The notes under the pieces: model-generated
What the model was told of the DNA's origin: nothing
What the model saw: the letters and a program-made list of their open reading frames with translations, nothing else
Databases searched by the model: none
Made by a program: the position numbers and the translations under genes
Assembly (NCBI GenBank): GCA_964420415.1
Contig: CAYQTH010000001.1
Span: 5,565-69,564, forward strand
Source of the DNA: an uncultured Macromonas sp.
GTDB lineage: Bacteria > Pseudomonadota > Gammaproteobacteria > Burkholderiales > Burkholderiaceae_C
Direction of reading: 5' to 3'
Length of the DNA stretch: 64,000 nt
Shown: positions 51,821-60,800 of the stretch, in pieces
Layout: every line of letters begins with the position of its first letter
Numbering within the stretch: the stretch's first letter is position 1

Positions 51821-52693
51821 TCAGCGCTCAAGAAATGCCGTCAGGCATTTGGCCAGCTGTTCGGGGTGTTCGTGGTGCAGGTTGTGGCCTGCGTCAGACA
51901 GACGGAAGCTCTGCAACTGGTCCAAGGCCTTGAAACGGTCGTCCAGCACTTTTTGTCCGCCAAAGGCGGTGGCCACCTGTTGCATGGCTTCGGATTCCGT
52001 GCCAGTGACCCAAAGCGTGGAGGCTTTGATGGCCGCGTAAGCCGCAGCGAAGTGGTCGGGCGAAATCACAACGTGGTTGAAAACACTGCGGTGCCAGGGG
52101 TCCGCATTGAAGGCGACCCCGCCAGGCACGGTGCGGGTGGACCAGTCCGCGATGCGCTGGGCGTTGTGGGTGGACAGCCGAGGGTTATCACGTTGCAGGC
52201 GCCGGGCAAATGCCTGGGTGTCGGGGTAGACCGTGAACGGTTTGGCTCCTTGCGCTTCCTGGAGCCAGCGTTGCTGTATCCCGCGCAGTGCAGCGTGGGA
52301 GAACGGCGGGTGACCGAAGGATTCGATCAGTGCCAACCGGTCCAGCCGTGCGGGGCGGGCAGCGCCCCACAGCGTGGCCAGATTGCCGCCCATGCTGTGG
52401 CCCACAAGGGTGACGGGGGCGTTGGGGCTCAGGTGTTTAACCAGTTCGTCCAGGTCTGCCACAAATTCGCCCAGCCAGTAGGGCCGGTGGTGCCATTCGC
52501 TCAACCCATAGCCGCGCCAGTCCGGGGCCACAAAGTGCCAGCGGGCGGGCATGGCCTCCACCAGCAGCTGGAAGGTGGCTGACAGGTCCAGCCAGCCATG
52601 CAGCAGCAACACCAGCGGCGCCGATTCATCGCCCCAGTGCCGCAGGTGGTGCAGCCCCCGGCTCAGCTGCAAAAAACGGCTGCGCGGTTGCAT
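51821..52693 (-). CDS. alpha/beta-fold hydrolase
   Basis: LLLHGWLD and nucleophile elbow GHSMGG. 290 aa. Confidence 0.85.
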   Translation of the reverse strand: MQPRSRFLQLSRGLHHLRHWGDESAPLVLLLHGWLDLSATFQLLVEAMPARWHFVAPDWRGYGLSEWHHRPYWLGEFVADLDELVKHLSPNAPVTLVGHSMGGNLATLWGAARPARLDRLALIESFGHPPFSHAALRGIQQRWLQEAQGAKPFTVYPDTQAFARRLQRDNPRLSTHNAQRIADWSTRTVPGGVAFNADPWHRSVFNHVVISPDHFAAAYAAIKASTLWVTGTESEAMQQVATAFGGQKVLDDRFKALDQLQSFRLSDAGHNLHHEHPEQLAKCLTAFLER

Positions 52694-52697
52694 GGGC

Positions 52698-53483
52698 TCA
52701 GCGCCCGGTGAAGCGGGGCTTGCGGCGTTCGGCGAAGGCTTGCTTGCCCTCTTTGTGGTCTTCCGACAGCCAGACGTAGGGTTGCAGGTCCAGCTCGGCC
52801 TGCATCATCTCTTCCATGCCGCGCGCATACACCGACTTGACGAGCTCGAACGCCAGCGGCGGGCCGTCGGCGTACTGGCGGGCCAGCGCCCGCGCGGTGG
52901 CCAGGGCTTCGCCTGGGGCGCACAGGGTGTCCACCAGGCCCAGCTTTTCGCAGCGTTCGGCGGGCAGGTCCTCGGCCAGGGCGATGAGCTGCTTGGCGCG
53001 GGTGGCGCCGACACGGTTGCGCAGGGAGAACATCAGGGCCAGGTCGGGAATGAAGCCCACGCGCGTGAAAGCGCAGCAGAACTTGGCGTTGCTGGAGGCC
53101 ACGATGTGGTCGCAGGCCGAACTCAGGGCCAGGCCTGCACCGTAGGCGTAGCCTTCGACGGCCGCAATGATGGGTTTGGAGCCTCCGATCATTTCGCGCA
53201 TCAGCGGGAAGCCGCCGCGCTTGAGGCGGGTGCGGCATTGCTGGATCGTGGTTTCATTCCAGCCGCCCATGTCGGCCCCCGCAGAAAACGCGCCGCCGTG
53301 CCCGGTCAACACGATGGCACGTACCTCGGGGTCAGCATTCAGTTCGGTGAATACCGCTATCAGTTTGTCGCGCATGGCGGCCGAAAAGGCGTTGAGCTTG
53401 CCGGGGTTGTGCAAGGTCAGCGTCACGATGTCGTTGTCACGTTCAACCAGAACGGGGTCGTGCGATGGGGATGGTTGAGTCAT
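52698..53483 (-). CDS. enoyl-CoA hydratase/isomerase (crotonase) family
   Basis: VLTGHGGAFSAGADM and AVEGYAYGAGLAL. Confidence 0.88.
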   Translation of the reverse strand: MTQPSPSHDPVLVERDNDIVTLTLHNPGKLNAFSAAMRDKLIAVFTELNADPEVRAIVLTGHGGAFSAGADMGGWNETTIQQCRTRLKRGGFPLMREMIGGSKPIIAAVEGYAYGAGLALSSACDHIVASSNAKFCCAFTRVGFIPDLALMFSLRNRVGATRAKQLIALAEDLPAERCEKLGLVDTLCAPGEALATARALARQYADGPPLAFELVKSVYARGMEEMMQAELDLQPYVWLSEDHKEGKQAFAERRKPRFTGR

Positions 53484-53582
53484 GGGAATGGGCTGAAATG
53501 TGGTGGGTGCGCTGCCGTGAAGGCTGGGTACGCAGGGAAAAGAAAATTATGCATGAACCCCTGATTCGGCGAGGGGCGCGGG

Positions 53583-54563
53583 TTAAGCCGCAAAAATGTC
53601 CAGGGCTTCTGGCGCTTCAGTGTGGGTGCGGAAATGCGTGGTCAGGTAGTCCACCAAAACGCGCACTTTGGCGGGGAGGTGCTTGCGGTGCGGGTAATGG
53701 ATGAAAATTTGCGAATGCCCTTCACCAGGTTCTTTGGTCTTGATTCTGTAATCGGGCAAGACCAGTTTGAGGCGCCCGGATTTCAGGTACGGGAACACGG
53801 CGGGAAGGGATGAGGCCGTGATGCCAGCGCCATAGAGTGACGCAATGAGACTGGCATCCAGCTGATTGGCCACGGTCAAAGGGCCGCGCGGGTTGTGTAC
53901 ATAGCGTTCGCCGCGTTTGCGGCTGGGGTAATGCGGGTCTTGCCGGATGCGTTCCAGGTGCAAAGCCGCCTTGCCGTACAGGTGCTGGATGCCAATGCAG
54001 TTGTGGTGTTCCAGGTCTTCCGGGTATTCCGGGGTGCCATGGTGCGCCAGATAGTCCGGACTGGCGACCAGCACCAGAGGGTATTCGCACAACAGACGAG
54101 ACACATGGCTGGTGCGGCGGCCGCGTGTGTGCTGAATGCTCACATCCACCCCGGCTTCGACCAGGCTGGGCGCGATCTCGTCAAAGCTGATTTCAAGTTC
54201 CACCTTGGGGTACTGCTTGAAAAACTCCGTGATGGTGGGCATCAGGCAGTAGCGCCCGAAGGTCGGGGTGGTGGACACCTTGACCACGCCCTCGGGGTCT
54301 TGCGGGCTTTGCGTCACGACCGAAAGGGCTTCGTTTATGCCACTGAGCAGAGGACCGATGCGCTGGAACAGCTCTCGCCCTTCATTGGTCAGGTGCAGTT
54401 TGCGGGTGGTTCGGTTGAACAGGCGCACCCCCAGGTCGCGCTCAAGTTTCGCAATGCTTTTGCTGATGGCGGGGGGCGTGACTTTGAGTTGCGAGGCTGC
54501 GGCAATGAAGCTGCCGCAGCGCACGGCCTGTACGAAAGGCTCAAGGTTCTGGATGTCTCTCAC
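53583..54563 (-). CDS. LysR-family transcriptional regulator
   Basis: HTH FIAAASQLKVTPPAISKSIAKLERDLGVRLFNRTTRKLHLTNEG. Divergent from P450 54702 and co-directional with the CoA operon. Confidence 0.9.
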   Translation of the reverse strand: MRDIQNLEPFVQAVRCGSFIAAASQLKVTPPAISKSIAKLERDLGVRLFNRTTRKLHLTNEGRELFQRIGPLLSGINEALSVVTQSPQDPEGVVKVSTTPTFGRYCLMPTITEFFKQYPKVELEISFDEIAPSLVEAGVDVSIQHTRGRRTSHVSRLLCEYPLVLVASPDYLAHHGTPEYPEDLEHHNCIGIQHLYGKAALHLERIRQDPHYPSRKRGERYVHNPRGPLTVANQLDASLIASLYGAGITASSLPAVFPYLKSGRLKLVLPDYRIKTKEPGEGHSQIFIHYPHRKHLPAKVRVLVDYLTTHFRTHTEAPEALDIFAA

Positions 54564-54701
54564 TGTGTCATTGATGAGTAGAAGTTATCCTATTGATTCT
54601 ATTTGGTGAATACTGAATTGGATAGAAGCTGCCTAGAATCTGTACCAGAGTTTGGCCTGTCCAGCCGGTGGGCCGCTTTCAAATACAACCAGGAGACTTC
54701 C

Positions 54702-55919
54702 ATGAGTGCAGGACACGCATTGCCCTTGGCCCCACGTCCCGACAACGTGCCCCCGGAGTTGGTGATCGATTGGAATGTGTACGACGCGCCCAAGGCGCGG
54801 GAAATTGGCCCACATCTGGCCTGGAAAGAGCTGCACAAAGGGCCGGACATTGTCTGGACGCCGCACAACGGCGGGCACTGGATCGTGACCCGCGGGGACG
54901 ATATTGATTTCTTGCAGCGCAATCACGACCCGTTTTCGATGAAGGATGTGGGCGTGCCGCACGGCACCAAACCGATGCGCCTGCTGCCGCTGGAGGCGGA
55001 TCCGCCGGAGCACACAGGGTTCCGGGCCATCATTTCGCCCTGGTTCACGCCCAAGAAAATTGAGAGCCTGATGGGTTTCACCCGTGATCTGGCGGCCAAG
55101 CTGGTGCAGGACCTGTATCCCCGCGGCGAGTGCGAGTTCTACCACGACTTCGCGCTGATCCTGCCGATCGCCATTTTCATGAAGCTGACCAATGTGCCGT
55201 GGTCGGACAAGGACATGCTGCTGGAGTGGACCGAATGGACCACGCGCGGCCAGTCGGCTGAGCTGCGTGTTCAGGCCCACCACAACATGATCGGCTACAT
55301 CAAGAAGCTGATTGCAGACCGCCGCGCCAACCCCGGCACTGACCTGGTGACCGATGTGGTGCACGCCAAGATCGATGGCCAGCCGCTGAGCGAGGAAGAC
55401 ATCATCAGCATGATGCTGGTGATCCTGTTTGGTGGTCTGGACACAGTGGCGTCTTCCATGACCTTCACCGCCCACTTCCTGGCCACGCACCCGGAACACC
55501 GCAAACAGCTGGTAGATGATCCAGCGCTCATTCCTCATGCCATTGACGAGCTGATGCGCCGCTTCGCGGTGTCCAACACCGCCCGCACCCTGACGCGCGA
55601 TTACGACTACAAGGGCATCCATTTCAAGGAAAACGACAAGGTCTACGTGCCGCCCATGCTCTATGGACTGGATGACCGCAAGTTTGACAACCCGCTGGAA
55701 GTGGATTTCCACCGCAAGAGCTCGATTCACGCTGGTTTTGGTGCCGGCCCGCACCGCTGCCCCGGCTCTTACCTGGCGCGTGTGGAAATGAAGATGTTCC
55801 TGGAAGAGTGGTTGAAGCAGATGCCTGACTTTGGTCTCAAGGCAGGCGACCCGCCCGTGTTCATTCCTGGCGTGGTGAACTGCATTGGCCACCTGCCCTT
55901 GTCATGGGAAGTCAAATGA
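54702..55919 (+). CDS. cytochrome P450, class I P450cam-like
   Basis: FGAGPHRCPGSYLAR, GGLDTVASS and N-terminus PDNVPPELVIDWNVYD. The start was moved from the listed 54603 to ATG 54702, which has an AGGAGA RBS. Confidence 0.92.
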   Translation: MSAGHALPLAPRPDNVPPELVIDWNVYDAPKAREIGPHLAWKELHKGPDIVWTPHNGGHWIVTRGDDIDFLQRNHDPFSMKDVGVPHGTKPMRLLPLEADPPEHTGFRAIISPWFTPKKIESLMGFTRDLAAKLVQDLYPRGECEFYHDFALILPIAIFMKLTNVPWSDKDMLLEWTEWTTRGQSAELRVQAHHNMIGYIKKLIADRRANPGTDLVTDVVHAKIDGQPLSEEDIISMMLVILFGGLDTVASSMTFTAHFLATHPEHRKQLVDDPALIPHAIDELMRRFAVSNTARTLTRDYDYKGIHFKENDKVYVPPMLYGLDDRKFDNPLEVDFHRKSSIHAGFGAGPHRCPGSYLARVEMKMFLEEWLKQMPDFGLKAGDPPVFIPGVVNCIGHLPLSWEVK

Positions 55920-56719
55920 ACCCGCAGGCACTGGCCCGCCTGTTCGGCATTGAAGGCAAAGTGGCCGTGGTGACCGACAGTGGACGCAACTCCATTGTCG
56001 ATGTCGCCCCTGTGTTGGCCGAGGCCGGGGCTGCCGTGGTAGTGGCTGACAAAGACCCGGCCCACCTGCAGCCCATCGTCGATCAGATCGTGGCGGCGGG
56101 TGGCAAGGCCATGGCCATTCCCACCGATGTGGAGAAAGAAGCGTCGGTCCAGGCGCTTTTTGAGCAGGTGACGGCTGCCTGGGGTTGCCCGGACATCGTG
56201 GTGAATTGCGCTGCCATGACGAACAACGGCCCGCTGACCGAGTTCACCGAAGCCACCTGGGATGAGGTGATGTCGCTCGATCTGAAGTCGGTGTTTTTCT
56301 GCATGCGGGAAACCATCAAGCAGATGCTCAAGGCGGGCAAGGGCGGCCGTATTGTGAATATCACCACCATGGGGTCCGTGCATCCGGTGCTGATTGGCAA
56401 CGGCGCTTACGGCGCCGCCCGTGCCGGGGTCACTGGTTTGAGCCGCGCCTCTGCGCTGGACTATGCGAAAAATGGCATTCTCATCAACTGTGTGCTGCCA
56501 GGTGCGGTGCCTGGCAAGGTGCGTTTCCACCCAGATACGCAGGCGCGCATGCAGGCCGGAAAACTGGCGGGACCAGGTACCGATGCCGAGCGTCGCTTGC
56601 CATTGGGGTGGGGCAACCCGCAGGACATTGCCGCCGCCGTGCTTTATCTGGTGGGGCCGTCCGGCGGTTACATGACGGGGCAGTCCATCACCCTTGATGG
56701 TGGTTTCCTGATTTCCTGA
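55916..56719 (+). CDS. SDR-fold protein with atypical cofactor and catalytic motifs
   Basis: The ATG overlaps the P450 stop (ATGA). The glycine motif reads VVTDSGRNSIVDV instead of TGxxxGxG. The YxxxK position reads YGAAR (Lys to Arg). The rest is SDR-like (ITLDGG C-terminus). Confidence 0.8.
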   Translation: MNPQALARLFGIEGKVAVVTDSGRNSIVDVAPVLAEAGAAVVVADKDPAHLQPIVDQIVAAGGKAMAIPTDVEKEASVQALFEQVTAAWGCPDIVVNCAAMTNNGPLTEFTEATWDEVMSLDLKSVFFCMRETIKQMLKAGKGGRIVNITTMGSVHPVLIGNGAYGAARAGVTGLSRASALDYAKNGILINCVLPGAVPGKVRFHPDTQARMQAGKLAGPGTDAERRLPLGWGNPQDIAAAVLYLVGPSGGYMTGQSITLDGGFLIS

Positions 56720-56728
56720 GTCATCGCC

Positions 56729-57445
56729 ATGACTTTGCCCTTCGTTCTGGTGCATGGGGGCGACTTCGCTGCTTCCTGCTGGAGCGAGGTGTTGCCGTTT
56801 CTGCCGCCTGCGTCCATCGCCGTCGATTTGCCGGGCCGGGGTTCATACCCGGCCGATCTGGCGGGTGTCCGGTTCAAAGACTGGGCCGATTCCGTTGTCG
56901 CGGACATGGATGCGGCAGGCATTGAGCGTGCGGTGTGTGTCGGCCATTCGCTGGGCGGTGCAACCTTGAGCCAGTTGGCCATGCATTATCCCGAACGGGT
57001 TGCCGGGCTGGCATTTGTGGCCTGCCCATTCCCGGCGCAGGGCGGTTGTGTTGGCGAGGCTTGTTTGCCCGAGATTTGGGCGGCATTCCAGCAAGCCCGT
57101 GATGCCGGTGTGGCGGTCATTCCAGGCCCCGGTCGGGAACACGCGGTCCAGATGTTCGGGAACGACATGGGTGCCGAGCAGATGGATCGCATGTGCAGCG
57201 ACGTGGTGCCGGAGTCCCTGGCGGTTTTTCTTGAACCGCTCGATCTTGCTGGCTTGCGGCGCGGTATTCCCACCCTGTACGTCAAGTTGATGCAGGACCG
57301 GGCATCGCCCCCCGAAGTACAGGACTGGGCGATAGCCAATATCTGCCCGGACGATGTGGCCACTATCGATTGCGGCCACATGGCGATGTACACCCGGCCG
57401 CGTGAACTGGCGGCAGTTCTGGTGGACTGGGCGAAAACAAAATAA
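56729..57445 (+). CDS. alpha/beta-fold hydrolase (small esterase/methylesterase-like)
   Basis: FVLVHGGDFAASCW and GHSLGG. 238 aa. Confidence 0.82.
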   Translation: MTLPFVLVHGGDFAASCWSEVLPFLPPASIAVDLPGRGSYPADLAGVRFKDWADSVVADMDAAGIERAVCVGHSLGGATLSQLAMHYPERVAGLAFVACPFPAQGGCVGEACLPEIWAAFQQARDAGVAVIPGPGREHAVQMFGNDMGAEQMDRMCSDVVPESLAVFLEPLDLAGLRRGIPTLYVKLMQDRASPPEVQDWAIANICPDDVATIDCGHMAMYTRPRELAAVLVDWAKTK

Positions 57446-57461
57446 ACGGTCAGGAGACAAC

Positions 57462-58472
57462 ATGCAGTACAAGCGCTTGGGCCGGTGCGGCCTGAAAGTG
57501 GGGGCCATGTCGCTCGGTGCGGGCGGCTGGGGCGTGGGCAACATGGACGAGCACGCGGTCAAAGAAATGATGGCGGCGGCGATGGACCACGGCATCATTT
57601 ACTTTGACAACGCCGAAAGTTACACCGACGGCAACTCTGAAATCGTGATGGGCAAGGCCTTGAAGGCACTGGGCTGGTCTCGGTTGAAGTACGTGGTTTC
57701 GACCAAGTTCTTCTGGGGCATTACCAAGGGCCCGAACGAGAAGAACACGCTGAACCGCAAGTACCTGCTGAATGGCATTGACGCCGCACTGAAACGTTCC
57801 CAGCTGGAGTTCGTAGATATTGCCTACTGCCACCGGCCCGATCCGAACACGCCGATCGAGGAAACGGTCTGGGCGTTCCACAACATGATCGAGCGCGGCC
57901 AGGCGCTGTACTGGGGCACGTCGGAATGGAGTGCGCAGGAAATTCAGTCGGCGATTGACATTGCCGAGCGGCACCACCTGCACAAACCCATTGTTGAACA
58001 GCCAGAGTACAACATGCTGAACCGCCGCAAGGTGGAAACGGAATACCCCCGCCTTTGCCGTGATGCCGGTATTGGCCTGGCGGTGTGGAGTCCGCTGGCG
58101 GGTGGGGTGTTGAGCGGCAAGTATGTGGCGGGTGTGCCCGAGGACAGCCGCGCGGCCGCCATGGCCGGGCAGCCGCATCTGGGCAAGTCCTTGCTGGATC
58201 AGCAGCGCAACCGCATCGTGGCCGGGCTGCAGCCCATTGCCGCAGACCTGGGGGTGCCGCTGGCGCAGCTGGCGCTGGCCTGGTGCACGCTGAACCCCAA
58301 TGTGAGCACGCTCATCATTGGCGCTTCCCGTGTCGGGCAGATCGCCGACAACGTCAAAGCGCTGGAGCTGGTGCCGCGTTTGACCGCAGAGGTTCGGCAG
58401 CAGATGGATGCTGTGATCGGCAACTACAGCGAATCCTGGGTGGGCAATTCGCCCTGGCATTACGAAGATTGA
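57462..58472 (+). CDS. aldo/keto reductase (Kv-beta/AKR-like)
   Basis: MQYKRLGRCGLKV..., YFDNAESY and a later CHRPD. The start was moved from the listed 57354 to ATG 57462, which has an AGGAGA RBS. Confidence 0.88.
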   Translation: MQYKRLGRCGLKVGAMSLGAGGWGVGNMDEHAVKEMMAAAMDHGIIYFDNAESYTDGNSEIVMGKALKALGWSRLKYVVSTKFFWGITKGPNEKNTLNRKYLLNGIDAALKRSQLEFVDIAYCHRPDPNTPIEETVWAFHNMIERGQALYWGTSEWSAQEIQSAIDIAERHHLHKPIVEQPEYNMLNRRKVETEYPRLCRDAGIGLAVWSPLAGGVLSGKYVAGVPEDSRAAAMAGQPHLGKSLLDQQRNRIVAGLQPIAADLGVPLAQLALAWCTLNPNVSTLIIGASRVGQIADNVKALELVPRLTAEVRQQMDAVIGNYSESWVGNSPWHYED

Positions 58473-58519
58473 GTTCGCGACTCAACAACGCAACATTTGA
58501 AGCATTTCTGGAGCTGCCC

Positions 58520-59320
58520 GTGGCATTCATCAAGACACAAAAACTTTTCGATCTGACCGGCCGTGTGGCCTTGGTCACTGGCGCCTCTCGGGGTATTGGC
58601 CAAGCCATTGCGCTCCGTTTGGCCGATGCCGGTGCAACGGTGGTGGGGTGCGATATCACCCCTGGTGTTGCAGAGACCGTCAAGCAGATCACTGACCAGG
58701 GAGGTAAAGGCCTGGCTGTGGTGGCCGACATCACCCAGCAAAACGACATTGAACGCATTGTCAGATCGGCGGTGGATGCTTTCGGCGGCATCGACATCCT
58801 GGTGAACAACGCGGCATTGCGCGGTTTTGCCGACTGGGACAAGGTGGATGAAGCGGATTGGGACCGTTTCATGGCCGTGACCCTGAAGGGCGTGTTCTTC
58901 CTGTCGCAGGCCGTGGCCAAACAGATGATTGAGCAGGGCCGGGGAGGCGCCATGGTCAACATTGCTTCCACCGCCGCGGTGATTCCGGTACGTAACAAGG
59001 TGGATTACAACGCCGCCAAGGCCGGTGTGGCGCAGATGACGCGCTCTTTCGCGGTTGAACTGGGGCCGCACCGCATCCGCGTCAATGCGGTTGCTCCTGG
59101 CGGCACCAATACCATGGGGCCTGGTGGCAATGCGCAGTCGGGGTTGACGGTCGAACAGATGAAAAAGATGGGGGAGGCCTGGTTCTCGCGGGTGCCGCTG
59201 CCTGTTGGCCCGGCCGATCCAGACGAACAAGCACGTGCCGTCCTGTTTTTTGCGTCAGACGCAGCCAGCTATGTGACGGGACAAGTCATGTGCGTCGATG
59301 CAGGCTATACCGTGGGTTGA
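58520..59320 (+). CDS. SDR
   Basis: LTGRVALVTGASRGIGQAIA, NNAA and YNAAKAG. I infer the start as GTG 58520 (GGAG, 6-nt spacing). The listed ORF start 58085 lies inside the AKR gene. Confidence 0.85.
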   Translation: MAFIKTQKLFDLTGRVALVTGASRGIGQAIALRLADAGATVVGCDITPGVAETVKQITDQGGKGLAVVADITQQNDIERIVRSAVDAFGGIDILVNNAALRGFADWDKVDEADWDRFMAVTLKGVFFLSQAVAKQMIEQGRGGAMVNIASTAAVIPVRNKVDYNAAKAGVAQMTRSFAVELGPHRIRVNAVAPGGTNTMGPGGNAQSGLTVEQMKKMGEAWFSRVPLPVGPADPDEQARAVLFFASDAASYVTGQVMCVDAGYTVG

Positions 59321-59323
59321 ACG

Positions 59324-60757
59324 GTGTATTCCACCAGCAACAAACCACTGTCGCGGCGCAGGAGCCTGCTGCTGATCGCTGCATTGATTGTGGCCGAGAT
59401 GGTGGCAATTTTCGAAGGCAGCATGATCTACGCGGCCATGCGCGCCTTTTACAAAGAGTTTGGAGATCCCATCGCCGTCGGTTGGATCTTGACGGCATTC
59501 CTGTTGGCGTCGGCGTCTACCGCGCCTGTGCTGGGGCGTTTGGCGGACATGTATGGCCGCCGTCGCTTGGCCCTGATCGCGCTGTCTTTCTCTGTCGCCG
59601 GGTCGTTGATCAGCGGCTTCTCCGAAACGATTGCGGGGGTGATTGTCGGGCGTGCGGTGCAGGGATGTACCAGCGCCATTTTGCCCATCAGTTACGGGTT
59701 GCTGCGCGAACACCTGACGCGTGACTGGGCCGTCAATGCGATTGGCGTTGTGGCCACCGTGATGACGGTGGGGGCGGGCGTGGGTATTTTTGCCGGTGGA
59801 CTGATCGTGGACCACCTCTCGTGGGAATGGATTTTCTACCTCAGTGCGGGCATTGCCGCCTTGGCCTTTGTGCTGGTGCTGCTGTTTGTGCCGCCATCTG
59901 CACCGGCCCCAGGAAAAGAACGTGTGGATATGGCGGGTGCGGTGTTTTTTGCAGCGTCAATATCCTCTTTGCTGTACGCCATCAGCGCTGCCAAAGGGTG
60001 GGGGTGGCATGACCCGCGGGTCTGGGCGTTGGTCGCTGTCGGGGTGGTCGGTTTGGCGGGGTGGTGTGTGTATGAACTCCGCATACAGAATCCCATGATT
60101 GATCTGCGGCTTCTGGCGTCGCGGCAGCCTGCGTTGGCCAATCTGGCCATGGTGGCGATCGCCATGGGGCCGTTGCAGGCAGTCAGTTTCATCACGCTGC
60201 TGATGCAGCAGCCCGTGGAAACCGGGGTGGGCCTGGGGATCAGTGCCACCACATCGGGCTTGATGCTTTTTGCGGCTCAGTGCTTTGGGTTGCTGGGTGG
60301 GCCGTTGGCTGCGCGCACCATCCGCCTGCGTTCGCCGCGTGCCGCATTGACCCTGGGCGCATCGCTGCTGTTGGCGGGGTGGATCGGTATCGCGCTTTAC
60401 CACGGCTCAGGTGCTTTCATCGTCGCCATGATGGCCTTCGCGTGCCTGGGACAGGCCGTGTCCATGGCGGCCGTGCCCATGCTGATTCTGGATGCGGTGC
60501 CTGCATCACGCACCAGTGAAGCCACGTCGATCATCACGACACTGCGCCCTATTGCCATGGGCGTTGGTGTGCAACTCGCGTCTTATCTGGTGGCGCAGTC
60601 CATGGTGAGTACAGCTGCATTGAATGGAGAAAGCTATCCGGACGGAGCGGCTTTCTCTCTGCTGTTCGGGTGTGTGGCCGTGGCATGCCTGCTCAGCATT
60701 GTGTGTGCCCGTGCGCTGCCTGCAGGTGTGGTCAGCCACCCATCGTCATCACGTTAA
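59324..60757 (+). CDS. MFS transporter (DHA2/EmrB-like, ~14 TMS)
   Basis: 477 aa, highly hydrophobic, with LGRLADMYGRRR (motif A-like). The GTG start lies 3 nt after the SDR stop. Paralog of the truncated MFS at 2..1291. Confidence 0.88.
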   Translation: MYSTSNKPLSRRRSLLLIAALIVAEMVAIFEGSMIYAAMRAFYKEFGDPIAVGWILTAFLLASASTAPVLGRLADMYGRRRLALIALSFSVAGSLISGFSETIAGVIVGRAVQGCTSAILPISYGLLREHLTRDWAVNAIGVVATVMTVGAGVGIFAGGLIVDHLSWEWIFYLSAGIAALAFVLVLLFVPPSAPAPGKERVDMAGAVFFAASISSLLYAISAAKGWGWHDPRVWALVAVGVVGLAGWCVYELRIQNPMIDLRLLASRQPALANLAMVAIAMGPLQAVSFITLLMQQPVETGVGLGISATTSGLMLFAAQCFGLLGGPLAARTIRLRSPRAALTLGASLLLAGWIGIALYHGSGAFIVAMMAFACLGQAVSMAAVPMLILDAVPASRTSEATSIITTLRPIAMGVGVQLASYLVAQSMVSTAALNGESYPDGAAFSLLFGCVAVACLLSIVCARALPAGVVSHPSSSR

Positions 60758-60800
60758 CCCGCTGATTTTCTTTTCTTCCTAACAACCGCAACGAACCACT

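Noticed and set aside
50004-52040. 678-aa plus-strand ORF, plus other long antisense ORFs (1273..2547-, 6658..7863-, 10963..12126-, 18190..19605-, 19969..21216-, 32096..33373-, 54633..55892-, 48769..49644+)
   Set aside because: Each overlaps, on the opposite strand, a gene with strong family motifs (acyl-CoA synthetase, thiolase, ADH, P450, OYE, SDRs, amidohydrolase, CoA-transferase). All show the Arg/Gly/His/Ala-rich shadow-ORF composition.
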